From a bacterium (GTDB taxonomy: Bacteria; Hydrothermota; Tepidihabitantia; Tepidihabitantales; Tepidihabitantaceae), in contig JAWOHE010000050.1 of the NCBI GenBank assembly GCA_046485285.1, positions 1 to 35,598 of the forward strand: DNA of 35,598 nucleotides. The letters are read 5' to 3'. The notes beneath the pieces are model-generated. The model ran no database searches, had not been told where the DNA came from, and saw only the letters and a list, made by a program, of their open reading frames with translations. Below, piece by piece: positions 7,609 through 19,009 of this stretch (position 1 is the stretch's first letter; each line of letters opens with the position of its first letter). The translations under genes and the position numbers were made by a program.

Positions 7609-9669
7609 GTGACGAGGCCTCCGGCGCGCGGCCCGGTGCGCCGCCGCGCCCTGCCCGGCTGGCTGCCCTGGGTCCTGCTCGCGCTGGCGGTCGGCGCCTT
7701 CATCTGGCAGGCCTCGACCTCGGCTTTTCTCCAGGACGATTCCTTCATCACCTACCGCTACGCCCGCAACGTCGCCCGCGGCCTCGGCCCGGTCTTCAAC
7801 CCCGGCGAGCGGGTCGAGGGCTATACGAACTTCCTCTGGATGATGATGCTCGCGGTCCTCGCCCTCATCGGTCTGCCCTTCACGGTCATCATTCCGCTGT
7901 CGCAGGTCATCGGCGTCCTCTGCGGCATCGGCACCGTCGTCCTGTTCTGCCTCCTGCTCCGCCGCCACGGCACCGGCCCGCCAGCTCTCGCGCCGGTCGC
8001 GGCGCTGCTGCTCGGCCTCAACGGCGCGTTCAGCTACTGGCACGTCAGCGGGATGGAGACCGGCCTGTTCACATTCCTGCTCGCGGCTGCGGCCTGGTAC
8101 TGGCTCAAGCCCGGCGACCGGGCGCGCGACCTCGTCTCAGCCTCTACCCTGCTCGGGCTCTCGGCGCTGACCCGGCCCGAGGGTGCGATGTTCTTCGCCC
8201 TGTTCGGCCTGCACTACGTCATCCGCCGGCTGGCCGCGCGCGACCTCCTCAGCCGGGCCGGGCTCGGCCGGCTCGGGCTCTTCCTTCTGCCCTTCGTCGT
8301 TCTCGTCGCCCCGCTCTACGCCTGGCGGCTGGGCTGGTACGGCTACCTGTTCCCCAACACCTTCTACGCCAAGACTGGCGCCTCGACCGCCTACTTCAAG
8401 GCCGGGGTCGAGTACCTCTGGTTCTTCCTCCGCGCTTACGGCCTCTGGGGTGCCGCATTCGTGGTCCCGGTCGCGCTCGCGGCCTGGCGGAATCGCCTCC
8501 GGCCCGCCGACCCGCTGTTCTTCTGCCTGCTCCTGCTCGTCGCCCACGCGCTCTACGTCGTCTGGGTCGGCGGCGACGTCCTGCGCAACTGGCGGTTCTT
8601 CGTCCCGGTGCTGCTGCCGTTCTACTTCCTGCTTGTCGAGGGAATCTGGCTCCTGCCCCTGCCCCGCGTGGTTCGCGCGGTCCTGCTTCTCGCGCTGCTG
8701 CCGCTGACCTTCTTCGGCCCGTTCATTTCCCCGCTCACGGCCCGTAAGGAAATCGCCCGAAACCTCGAACTCGAGAAGGGCCTCGTCGACAAGATGACCG
8801 CCACCGGCCGCTGGCTGAACGCGAAACTCGACGAGGACGACTGGTTCGCCTGCACGACCATCGGCGCGGTCTCGTATTACAGCGACCGGAACATGGTCGA
8901 CATGCTCGGCCTGACCGACGCGGTCATCGCCCACCAGCCCGAGGCGATCCTTGAAAGCGAGTGGCACTGGAAGGAACGCAACTACAACACCGCCCACGTC
9001 CTCGGCCGGCACCCGGTCTACGTCTACTTCTCAACCGGTGTCAAGCCTTCGGCCGAGGCCGAACGCGCCTTGTTCCTGCGGCCCCGGTTCCGGCGCGGCT
9101 ACTTCGCCTGCCCGGTGACCGTCACCGGCCGGCAGAACGGCCAGTTGTATCAGTTCACCGAAACCATCTACAAGGCCCGGCCCGGCGCGGACACGATACC
9201 GCTCGAACCGGTCGCCGAGCCATCGGTCTTCATCAACCACTACCTCGACGGCATCAACCTCCTGCGCGTCGGCACGGACACCGCCGCGGCGCTGTTCCGC
9301 CGGTGCATCGCCGAGGCGCCCGAGGATTTCGGCGCGCCCTGGGAGTGGCTCGGTCGCATCGAGGAGGAACGTCGGCGGCCGGGCGCGGCCGAGACGCACT
9401 ACCGGGAGGCGCTCCGGCGCGACGACTGGCTGATAACCACGCACCTGAGTCTCGCCCGGATTCTCTACGGTCGCGGTGACGCCGGCGGCGCGGCCGGCCA
9501 CCTGGCGAAGGTGGTCGAGTACGCACCCGACTTCCTGGAGGGCCACGCCGGGCTCCACGCGATGCTCAACGCAGTCGGGGATTCAGCCGGGGCCGCCGCC
9601 CTGCTGGTCCGCATCAACGCGCGGTTCCCGGAGGCGACCGGGCGAGCCCGGCAGCAGCCCCGGCCCTAG
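7609..9669 (+). CDS. GT-C-fold membrane glycosyltransferase (AftB-like) with C-terminal TPR-like repeats
   Basis: DDSFITYRYARN..G.GPVFNPGERVEGYTNFLW, GMET, TRPEG, PNTFYAK, GGD, DMLGLTD; many TM helices; helical TPR-like C-terminus. Start approximate (GTG 7609). Confidence 0.8.
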   Translation: MTRPPARGPVRRRALPGWLPWVLLALAVGAFIWQASTSAFLQDDSFITYRYARNVARGLGPVFNPGERVEGYTNFLWMMMLAVLALIGLPFTVIIPLSQVIGVLCGIGTVVLFCLLLRRHGTGPPALAPVAALLLGLNGAFSYWHVSGMETGLFTFLLAAAAWYWLKPGDRARDLVSASTLLGLSALTRPEGAMFFALFGLHYVIRRLAARDLLSRAGLGRLGLFLLPFVVLVAPLYAWRLGWYGYLFPNTFYAKTGASTAYFKAGVEYLWFFLRAYGLWGAAFVVPVALAAWRNRLRPADPLFFCLLLLVAHALYVVWVGGDVLRNWRFFVPVLLPFYFLLVEGIWLLPLPRVVRAVLLLALLPLTFFGPFISPLTARKEIARNLELEKGLVDKMTATGRWLNAKLDEDDWFACTTIGAVSYYSDRNMVDMLGLTDAVIAHQPEAILESEWHWKERNYNTAHVLGRHPVYVYFSTGVKPSAEAERALFLRPRFRRGYFACPVTVTGRQNGQLYQFTETIYKARPGADTIPLEPVAEPSVFINHYLDGINLLRVGTDTAAALFRRCIAEAPEDFGAPWEWLGRIEEERRRPGAAETHYREALRRDDWLITTHLSLARILYGRGDAGGAAGHLAKVVEYAPDFLEGHAGLHAMLNAVGDSAGAAALLVRINARFPEATGRARQQPRP

Positions 9670-10541
9670 AGCCTGACGTAGAGCACGACGACCACGACGA
9701 CCGCCCAGAGCAGGATGTCGATGATCATCGGCAGGTCGGTGAGGAAGACTTTCTCCGGCGCCCCGCCCAGTTCCTTGCGGTACACCAGGTACAGGTAGCG
9801 GTAGACGCCGTAGAGCACGAACGGGAACGTGAAGATCAGGCTGCGCGAACCGAACTTGGCGGTCGTCTCCGGCGCGATCGTGTACAGGCAGTAGGCGACC
9901 ACGGTCGACGAGGTCGCGACCGCGATCATCTGGTCGAGGAGCGTCTCGGAGTACTTGCCCAGGACGCTACGGTGTGATATGCCCCCGCCTTCGAGGTTGA
10001 CAAGTTCGTGCCGCCGCTTGGCAACCGCGACGAAGAGTGCTAGGAGAATGGTGACGACGAACAACCAGGGCGAAAGCTCGACGTTGATGACGAAAGTCCC
10101 GGCGACCGCGCGCAGCGCGAAGCCGACCGCGACGACCATCACGTCGAGCACCACCAGCTGCTTGAGCCGGAGCGAGTACGCCAGCTGCATCACGAAGTAA
10201 CCGGCCGCGACCGCCGCGAAGCGGAGGTCGAGTAGCGCGCTCGCGGCCAGTGCGCCGATGACGATGACCACCCCTCCCGCCAGCGCCGGACCTGGCCTGA
10301 GCCGGCCGGCCGCGATCGGCCGCAGCTTCTTCTTCGGGTGGAGTCGATCGGCCTCTCGATCGACCAGGTCGTTGATGACATAGACCGCGCCGGAGAGCAG
10401 GCAGAAGACCACGAAGGCGGCAAGCGAGCGCAGGACCTCGGGCGGGTCGAGTAGGTGCTTTGAGAAAACCAGCGCAGCCAGCACGAGTAGGTTCTTGATC
10501 CACTGCCTGGGCCGCATCGACCGGACGAGCGCCAATATCAT
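9666..10541 (-). CDS. Decaprenyl-phosphate phosphoribosyltransferase-like protein (UbiA family, Rv3806c-like)
   Basis: RPRQWIKN, NDLVDREADRLHPKKKLRPIAAG, YSLRLK, KRRHEL; hydrophobic. Confidence 0.9.
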   Translation of the reverse strand: MILALVRSMRPRQWIKNLLVLAALVFSKHLLDPPEVLRSLAAFVVFCLLSGAVYVINDLVDREADRLHPKKKLRPIAAGRLRPGPALAGGVVIVIGALAASALLDLRFAAVAAGYFVMQLAYSLRLKQLVVLDVMVVAVGFALRAVAGTFVINVELSPWLFVVTILLALFVAVAKRRHELVNLEGGGISHRSVLGKYSETLLDQMIAVATSSTVVAYCLYTIAPETTAKFGSRSLIFTFPFVLYGVYRYLYLVYRKELGGAPEKVFLTDLPMIIDILLWAVVVVVVLYVRL

Positions 10542-10602
10542 CGTCCATTACTTCTACCCGGCGAACCCGCTCTGTCAACCGGGCGGTCAGCGCCTCGGAA
10601 TG

Positions 10603-10630
10603 TTGACAGGAAACCCGGGGGGTCTATAAT
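10603..10630 (+). promoter_or_regulatory. Consensus sigma70 promoter upstream of pilB/gspE
   Basis: Perfect TTGACA-N16-TATAAT. A divergent TTGACA (10578-10573)-N16-TAGAAG faces the UbiA-family gene. Confidence 0.75.
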
Positions 10631-10726
10631 GACGAGATGCAGGTAAGCGTCCGCGCCGGCGGGAGTTCAGCCCCGGCCAGCGGCCGGGTGATGTCGGCCC
10701 GCGCCGGCATCAGGGAGGACTGACAA

Positions 10727-12322
10727 ATGCCCGAAGTTCCCGAAGACGTAGGCCAGACAAGCCAGGAATCCGGAACCGCCCTCGAACAGCGGTACGGAGT
10801 CCCATTCGTTGACCTCACCAGCTTCAAGATCGACGCCGAGGTCCTGCAGATGTTCCCGGAGCAGTTCCTGCGGCAGAACAAGATTATGCCGCTCTTCCGC
10901 TCCGGCAACACCATCGCCGTCGCGATGAAGGACCCGGGCGACATCATCATGCTAGACGAGATCCGCCGGATGACCGGTATGGAAGTCGAGCCGATGGTCT
11001 GCCGTGAGCTCGACTTCTTCGCAGCACTGAACCAGTACTACTCCGCCACCGACGTGCCGGACCTGCCCGACGAAGAGGAAGTGCTGACCCTGGACGACCT
11101 GCCCGACGAAGAGGACTCGCTTGCCGCCGAACAGGGCGCCGCGCCCACCAAGCTCGAGGAGATGGCCTCCGAGGCCCCGGTCGTCCGCTGGGTCAACCAG
11201 ATGATCATCCGGGCGGTGCGCGAACGCGCGTCCGACATTCACATCGAACCGACACGCGAGGGGCTCTCGGTCCGGTATCGCATTGACGGTATCCTCCACC
11301 AGATTGTCTCACCCAAGAAGGCTATGCAGCTAGCCGTCGTTTCCCGTATCAAGATCATGTCGCGGATGAACATCGCCGAGAAACGCGTACCGCAGGACGG
11401 CCGCTACGGCGCAATCGTGGACGGCCGCGAGATCGACTTCCGCGTCTCGACATTCCCTTCGACCTACGGCGAGACGGTCGTCATGCGTATCCTCGACCGG
11501 ATGCGCCTCCTGTCGCTCGATGAACTGGGGCTGGTCAAAGAGCGCCTGAAGATGATGCGCGACATGATCTCGATGCCGCACGGGGTCATCCTGGTCACCG
11601 GCCCGACCGGCACCGGCAAGAGCACGACCGTGTACGCGATCCTCGGGGAAATCCGCGGCAGCGCCATGAAGATCATCACGATCGAGGACCCGGTCGAGTA
11701 TGACGTCGACAAGATCACTCAGTCGCAGGTCAACGAACTCGCCGGTTACACCTACCTGGTCGGCCTCAAGCACATCCTCCGCCAGGACCCGGACGCAATC
11801 ATGATCGGCGAGATCCGGGACGCCGAGACCGCCAGTGTTGCCATCCGCGCCGCGCTGACCGGTCAGCTGGTGTTCTCGACGATCCACACCAACGACGCCC
11901 CGGGCACGATCACCCGTCTCATCGATATGGGCATTGAGCCCTTCCTGGTCGCTTCCGCGACCGAGGGTGTCGTCGCCCAGCGGCTCGTCCGCAAAGTGTG
12001 CACCAAGTGCAAAGAGGAATACGACCCCCCGACCAGCCTGCTTGAGGAAATTGAGTTGCCGATCGGGACGAAGTTCTTCCGTGGCCGGGGTTGCGACCGC
12101 TGCCACAACACCGGCTTTCACGGCCGGATGGGCATCTTCGAGGTGCTCAAGTTGAACGACCGTATCCGCGAGCTTGTCGTCACCCGGCCGCCGACCAGCG
12201 CCATCCGGGCACTCGCCCAGGAGTACGGGATGAAGTCCCTCTGGCAGGACGGGATTGACAAGGTACTCGACGGCGTCACGACGATCGACGAGGTAATGAC
12301 CGAGGCCGAGAAGATCACCTAA
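10727..12322 (+). CDS. Type IV pilus / type II secretion assembly ATPase (PilB/GspE family)
   Basis: SD GGAGG; ASDIHIEP, Walker A GPTGTGKST, EDPVE, LRQDPD, Zn ligands CTKC/CDRC. Confidence 0.95.
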   Translation: MPEVPEDVGQTSQESGTALEQRYGVPFVDLTSFKIDAEVLQMFPEQFLRQNKIMPLFRSGNTIAVAMKDPGDIIMLDEIRRMTGMEVEPMVCRELDFFAALNQYYSATDVPDLPDEEEVLTLDDLPDEEDSLAAEQGAAPTKLEEMASEAPVVRWVNQMIIRAVRERASDIHIEPTREGLSVRYRIDGILHQIVSPKKAMQLAVVSRIKIMSRMNIAEKRVPQDGRYGAIVDGREIDFRVSTFPSTYGETVVMRILDRMRLLSLDELGLVKERLKMMRDMISMPHGVILVTGPTGTGKSTTVYAILGEIRGSAMKIITIEDPVEYDVDKITQSQVNELAGYTYLVGLKHILRQDPDAIMIGEIRDAETASVAIRAALTGQLVFSTIHTNDAPGTITRLIDMGIEPFLVASATEGVVAQRLVRKVCTKCKEEYDPPTSLLEEIELPIGTKFFRGRGCDRCHNTGFHGRMGIFEVLKLNDRIRELVVTRPPTSAIRALAQEYGMKSLWQDGIDKVLDGVTTIDEVMTEAEKIT

Positions 12323-12342
12323 CTCGGACTGGCGGAGGACAC

Positions 12343-13587
12343 ATGCCGCTTTTTCGCTACAAGGTCAGGGACCAGGAAGGCCAGATCATTTCGGGAACGC
12401 TCGAGGGAATCGACATCAACACCGTTGTCGATCGCCTCGACACCCTGCATTACATCCCGATTACGGTCAAGGAAGTCAAGGGTGGCACTGCAGGGGACGT
12501 CAACATCGACTTCTCCAAGTACTTCGAGCGAGTCAAGCCTGTCGACCTCATCAACTTCACTCGCCAGTTCGTGACACTCCACCGCGCCGGTTTGCCGATG
12601 CTATCGGCAATCGGCGCCCTCCAGGCGCAGACGCGCGCGAAACCGCTGGCCCGAGCGCTCGACGCCATTCGCAAGGACCTGATGGGCGGCTCTGCGTTGT
12701 CGGCAGCCCTCGCCAAGTTCCCGCGGATATTCAATGAGCTATACGTGAATTCGATCTGGGCCGGTGAGACAGGCGGTGTGTTGGACGAAATACTCGACCG
12801 CCTGGTAATGCTGCTCGAGCACGAACGCAAGCTCAAGAGCGACGTCGGTTCGGCGATGCGCTACCCTATTATCCTGATGATTGGGTTCCTCGTGGCGATT
12901 GTCGTACTGACGACTTTTGTGCTGCCAAAGTTCACCCAACTCCTGACAACGGTCGGCGGGACAATGCCGCTCCCGACCCAGATCCTGATATCGGTCACCG
13001 ACTTCATGGCGGCCTACTGGTACGTACTCTTCCTGCTCGCGGCCGGGGCCGGCGTTCTCTTCTACCTGTTCATCCGGACGACCGCCGGTCGGCTGTGGTG
13101 GGACCGTCTGAAGATTCGCCTGCCGATCTTCGGCCCGATTCTCTACAAGATGGCGCTTTCCCGTTTTGCCCGGATGTTCGAGACGCTCGACCGCACCGGC
13201 CTGCCGATCCTGCGCAGCCTGAGCCTTGTATCCAAGACGGTCGGCAACTCCTACGTTGCTTCAGCCATCGAGAGCATTGCCGAGAGTGTCCGCCGCGGCC
13301 GCGGCCTCGCCGCCCCGATGCGCGAGGTCGGGGTGTTCCCGCCGATGGTCGTACAGATGGTCGCGACCGGCGAGGAATCCGGCGCTCTCGATGACATGCT
13401 CAAGCAGGTATCGGACTACTACGACAGCGAGGTCGAGTACGCGGTGAAAAACCTCACCGGGATGATCGAGCCGGTGATGATCTTGATGATGGGCGTGGGA
13501 GCGGTGTTTCTAATCATCGCCATCCTAATGCCTTACATGTCGATTCTCACCAGCTTCGGCTCCGGCGGAGGCTACGGGACGAACTAG
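12343..13587 (+). CDS. Type IV pilus / T2SS platform protein (PilC/GspF family)
   Basis: SD GGAGG; AGETGG.LD, AMRYP, GEESGALD, IEPVMIL; follows PilB/GspE. Confidence 0.93.
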   Translation: MPLFRYKVRDQEGQIISGTLEGIDINTVVDRLDTLHYIPITVKEVKGGTAGDVNIDFSKYFERVKPVDLINFTRQFVTLHRAGLPMLSAIGALQAQTRAKPLARALDAIRKDLMGGSALSAALAKFPRIFNELYVNSIWAGETGGVLDEILDRLVMLLEHERKLKSDVGSAMRYPIILMIGFLVAIVVLTTFVLPKFTQLLTTVGGTMPLPTQILISVTDFMAAYWYVLFLLAAGAGVLFYLFIRTTAGRLWWDRLKIRLPIFGPILYKMALSRFARMFETLDRTGLPILRSLSLVSKTVGNSYVASAIESIAESVRRGRGLAAPMREVGVFPPMVVQMVATGEESGALDDMLKQVSDYYDSEVEYAVKNLTGMIEPVMILMMGVGAVFLIIAILMPYMSILTSFGSGGGYGTN

Positions 13588-14651
13588 AACGAGCGAAGAC
13601 CAACTGAGGCCGCCGCGTCGAGTCGCTCGATCACGGCGGCCATCAGTTTGACGACCGCATCGTAGTCCTCTCGAGCGATGATGCCGGAATGCGAGTGAAT
13701 GTAGCGCGTCGGCCAGCCGACCGCCAGTGACGGCACTCCGCCCCCGGTCAGGTGAATTGCACCAGTGTCGTAGCCGCCGCGGACAGTCGTTAGGTGATAC
13801 CGGACACCGGCCTCGTCCGCGACCGCGATGACCAGATCCCTCAGCCGGGTGCTCGGGATCATGCTCAAATCGTGTACCAACACGGCCGCGCCGTTACCAA
13901 GCCTCTCGTCGATGTCCCTCCGCGGCTGCTCCGGGTGCTCGCCACAGAGCGAAACATCAAGCGCGAACGCGACGTCCGGCCTGACCAACTCGGCGGCAGT
14001 CCTCGCCCCCCGCAGGCCAACCTCTTCCTGGACGCTGCCGACCAGGAACAGCGTACCAGGAAAGTCACCACCCCGGAGCTGACGACCGAGCTCGACCAGC
14101 ATCCCGCACCCGCCCCGGTCATCCCAGGCCTTGGCCATCAGTAACCCGCCCACCATCTCGGTGAACGGACACACCGGTACGACCGGGTCCCCCCGGCGCA
14201 TGCCAAGTTCCTCCTCGATGGCCAGCCCGTCACGACAGCCGAAGTCCATGAACATTCTGGCGATGTCCGGCAGCTTGTTGCGCTCCTCATCGGTGAGCTC
14301 GTGGGGCGGCTTTGAGCCGATCACCCCGGGAAACTCGCCCTTGCACGTCCGAACCATCACGCGCTGACCCAGCAGGACCTGCGGCCACCAGCCTCCGACC
14401 GGCAGGAACCGGACGTAGCCATCCCTGGTTATCGCCTTGACCAGGAAGCCGACCTCATCCGTGTGCGCAGACACCATCACGCGCGGCTGATCGGCACGGC
14501 CCTTGACCCGGCAAATGACGCTTCCCAGCCCGTCGCGGCTGACGTCGCCGACGTCTGCCAGCTCCCGGGCCAGTATCGCGGCCGGCGCGGTTTCGTGGCC
14601 GGGCGGTCCGAATGCTTCGGTCAGTTCCTTCAGCAGCCTCAGGTCTGCCAT
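13584..14651 (-). CDS. M42 family (TET-like) aminopeptidase
   Basis: AHTDE, KAWDDR, QEEVG, LDV and YIHS metal-ligand motifs. Confidence 0.93.
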   Translation of the reverse strand: MADLRLLKELTEAFGPPGHETAPAAILARELADVGDVSRDGLGSVICRVKGRADQPRVMVSAHTDEVGFLVKAITRDGYVRFLPVGGWWPQVLLGQRVMVRTCKGEFPGVIGSKPPHELTDEERNKLPDIARMFMDFGCRDGLAIEEELGMRRGDPVVPVCPFTEMVGGLLMAKAWDDRGGCGMLVELGRQLRGGDFPGTLFLVGSVQEEVGLRGARTAAELVRPDVAFALDVSLCGEHPEQPRRDIDERLGNGAAVLVHDLSMIPSTRLRDLVIAVADEAGVRYHLTTVRGGYDTGAIHLTGGGVPSLAVGWPTRYIHSHSGIIAREDYDAVVKLMAAVIERLDAAASVGLRSF

Positions 14652-14673
14652 CTTGATCCCCCTCTGATGCCGT

Positions 14674-16572
<1,899 letters not shown>

Positions 16573-16574
16573 CT

Positions 16575-16602
16575 ATCTTATGGTTTCGCGCCGGGAAATC
16601 AA
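16575..16602 (-). promoter_or_regulatory. Putative gyrB promoter (leaderless)
   Basis: TTGATT-N16-TAAGAT, ATG 8 nt downstream, no SD. Confidence 0.55.
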
Positions 16603-16618
16603 GCTGGAAGGAACCGAA

Positions 16619-16921
16619 TCAGCGGCCGAGCACGAACCTGATGTCACGCACCATCCCGGCCCGACAGCGGGACGCGAGTCGCTTCAGGAAGAGTCCCTTC
16701 AGGAAGCGCAACTCCGTCATCCAAACCGGGCTGTCGACGACAACAACCAGCACGCCGCGATCGAGCGTGGTCGCCCGGGTATGTGACGCTATCTTCTCGT
16801 CGACGAGTTCGGGCCAGACATCAAGCAACCGCTGCATCTCCAATTCGCGGTCGAGCCCGAGATCGCGCAGGACCACGGGGACGACCTCACCCAGCCTTCG
16901 GAATCTCCCCCGCCGTCCCAT
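16619..16921 (-). CDS. DUF721 / DciA-like protein
   Basis: WPELV...IASHT......GVLVV.VDSPVW..EL; lies between recF and gyrB; start reassigned to ATG 16921. Confidence 0.85.
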   Translation of the reverse strand: MGRRGRFRRLGEVVPVVLRDLGLDRELEMQRLLDVWPELVDEKIASHTRATTLDRGVLVVVVDSPVWMTELRFLKGLFLKRLASRCRAGMVRDIRFVLGR

Positions 16922-17948
16922 TGCCAAGATGGAAGACCCGCCCGCGAACCGCGAACGGCCGGGCCGCGGCATATAGTACCTGCCCGGTCGCGCTGGTCTG
17001 CTCGAACAACGCCGCCGTGCGCTCGGCGTCGAGTTCCGACGCAACCTCGTCCATCAGAAACACGACTGTCCGCCCGGACGCCGCGCCCAGGTACTCCGCC
17101 TCCGCCAGCCGCAACGCGGTCGCCGCGGCACGCTGCTCGCCGATCGAGCCGAAACGACGCAGGTCTCGCCCGGCAAGGCAGACTGAGACGTCATCCCGGT
17201 GCGGTCCCAGTACGGCCCGTCCGGACTCGACGGCGCGCGCGCGGGTTGCCCGCAGTTCCCCGGCCAGCGCCTCCGCGTCGAACGTGGCTTCGGGTGACCG
17301 GCGTAACCGGAACTCGACAGGCCGCCCGACCAGCCGGACCGCGAGTTCGCTGGCGCGTTTGAGCAGGAAACCGGCCGAGTCCGCCCGGGATCGGGAAAGC
17401 GCGAGCCCGGCGACCGCAACCTGGCCTTCCCAGGCATCGAGCTGTTCCGCTGTCGCAGAACCGGCCAGCAAGCGGCAGTACTGGCTGAGCGCGCGCCGGT
17501 ATGCGCCCGACAGTTCGATGTACGCACGGTCAGCCTTGGCCGCGGCCATATCCAGGTACTCCCGGCGCAGTCCCGGCGGGCCGGAAATCAAAGCGACATC
17601 ACCCAGCAGCATCGGCACGACCGGCAACCAGCCGAAGAACTCTGATAACCGCTGGAAACGCCGGCCATCGAGTTCGAACCGCTTCTCGGAACCGTCGAAC
17701 ACCAGCCGGCCGAGGCGGCCCGCCTCATCTGCGGCCGTGACCGAGAGCACATCAGCGTCAAAGCTCAGCATCTCGTGATCACGCCGTGTTCGAAACGACC
17801 GACCGGTCGCGGCATAGTGGACCGCCTCGAGGATACTGGTCTTACCCGAGCCGTTCGGACCGAACAGGTAATTCAAGGCCGGGTCGAACTCGAACCGCGC
17901 CTCCGCGAGCCCGCGGAAGCCTCTAACCGCCAGAGAAACCAAGGGCAC
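16887..17948 (-). CDS. recF: DNA replication/repair protein RecF (divergent)
   Basis: GPNGSGKTS, GRSFR, GPHRDD, GSIGEQR, LMDEVASELD. Confidence 0.9.
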   Translation of the reverse strand: MPLVSLAVRGFRGLAEARFEFDPALNYLFGPNGSGKTSILEAVHYAATGRSFRTRRDHEMLSFDADVLSVTAADEAGRLGRLVFDGSEKRFELDGRRFQRLSEFFGWLPVVPMLLGDVALISGPPGLRREYLDMAAAKADRAYIELSGAYRRALSQYCRLLAGSATAEQLDAWEGQVAVAGLALSRSRADSAGFLLKRASELAVRLVGRPVEFRLRRSPEATFDAEALAGELRATRARAVESGRAVLGPHRDDVSVCLAGRDLRRFGSIGEQRAAATALRLAEAEYLGAASGRTVVFLMDEVASELDAERTAALFEQTSATGQVLYAAARPFAVRGRVFHLGNGTAGEIPKAG

Positions 17949-17953
17949 AGCTC

Positions 17954-17981
17954 AATCTAGTCGGGAATCGTCTGCGGTCAA
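17954..17981 (-). promoter_or_regulatory. Putative recF promoter (leaderless)
   Basis: TTGACC-N16-TAGATT-N5-GTG. Confidence 0.6.
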
Positions 17982-18037
17982 TGCCCTGCTTGTCACCACA
18001 TATCGACCCCGGAATCAACCGTCGCACCCGCGACTTC

Positions 18038-18065
18038 TTGTCCTCGGCCTGCCATCGGCTAGACT
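18038..18065 (+). promoter_or_regulatory. Putative DUF58 promoter (leaderless)
   Basis: TTGTCC-N16-TAGACT-N5-ATG(18071). Confidence 0.5.
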
Positions 18066-18070
18066 GGTGT

Positions 18071-19009
18071 ATGTCTGGCCGCCTCGCCTCGTCATCGGAC
18101 TCACGGCGACTGCTCGACCCCGAGGTCGTGGCCAGCCTGCGCTCCATGGACCTGCGCGCCAGACTGGTCGTCGAGGGATTCCTGGCCGGCCTCCATCGGT
18201 CGCCATACCGCGGCTTCTCGGTGGAGTTCGCCGAGCATCGCCAGTATATACCCGGCGATGAAATCAAGCGCATCGACTGGCGTGTCTACGGGAAGACAGG
18301 GCGCTACTACGTCCGCGAGTATGAAGAGGAAACCAACCTCCGCGCTCTGCTCATTCTTGACGTCTCGGGCTCAATGGCCTGGCGTGGCGATGGCGAACGG
18401 TCCCGACCCGTTGCCGGGGTCTCCAAGCTGCAGTACGGCAGCTACCTCGCCGCGGCGCTTGCCTACCTCCTCATTCGCCAGAAGGACAGTGTTGGACTCG
18501 TCGTGTTCAATGACCGGGTCCGAACCTACATCCCCCCGCGCAGTGCGCCCGGTCATCTGAACGTTATCCTCGACCAACTCGCCCGCTTGGAGCCTGGCGG
18601 CGAGACCGGCCTCGCGGACGCCCTTCACGAGCTTGCCGAGCGCGTGCGGCGGCGCGGCCTGATCATCATCGTCTCGGACCTGTGGGACGAGCCCGGCAGT
18701 GTCCTGAACGCTCTCCGGCACTTCCGCCATCGCCGACACGAAGTCATTGTCTTCCACGTCCTGCACCCGGGCGAACGCGAGTTGCGCTTCCGCGGGCCGG
18801 TCCGGTTGCGCGACCTCGAGACCGGTCGCGAGTTGACGGTCGACTCCGGCACCGCCGCCTCGCGCTACCGGGAATCGGCACGGGCCTTCCTCGACCGGCT
18901 GGAAAGCGACTGCCACGAAGCCCGAATCGACTACCACCTGCTGACGACCGACCAACCCTACGACCGGGCGCTGATGGCCTACCTCACGCACCGACACTGC
19001 CTGCGATGA
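18071..19009 (+). CDS. DUF58 VWA-like protein (MoxR-associated family)
   Basis: GLHRSPYRGFSVEFAEHRQYIPGD..IDW, EEETN, LDVSGSM, VSDL. Confidence 0.92.
   Translation: MSGRLASSSDSRRLLDPEVVASLRSMDLRARLVVEGFLAGLHRSPYRGFSVEFAEHRQYIPGDEIKRIDWRVYGKTGRYYVREYEEETNLRALLILDVSGSMAWRGDGERSRPVAGVSKLQYGSYLAAALAYLLIRQKDSVGLVVFNDRVRTYIPPRSAPGHLNVILDQLARLEPGGETGLADALHELAERVRRRGLIIIVSDLWDEPGSVLNALRHFRHRRHEVIVFHVLHPGERELRFRGPVRLRDLETGRELTVDSGTAASRYRESARAFLDRLESDCHEARIDYHLLTTDQPYDRALMAYLTHRHCLR

Noticed and set aside
10572..10609. CTGTCAAC...GTTGACAG (and 4396-4428) as mobile-element inverted ends
   Set aside because: Explained by back-to-back -35 boxes of divergent promoters
10721..10723. Selenocysteine read-through of the TGA into pilB
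   Set aside because: pilB has its own strong SD and ATG, the upstream peptide is not PilB-like, and no SECIS was recognised
17949..18070. oriC next to recF
   Set aside because: No DnaA boxes (TTATCCACA) or AT-rich unwinding element; the region is explained by two divergent promoters
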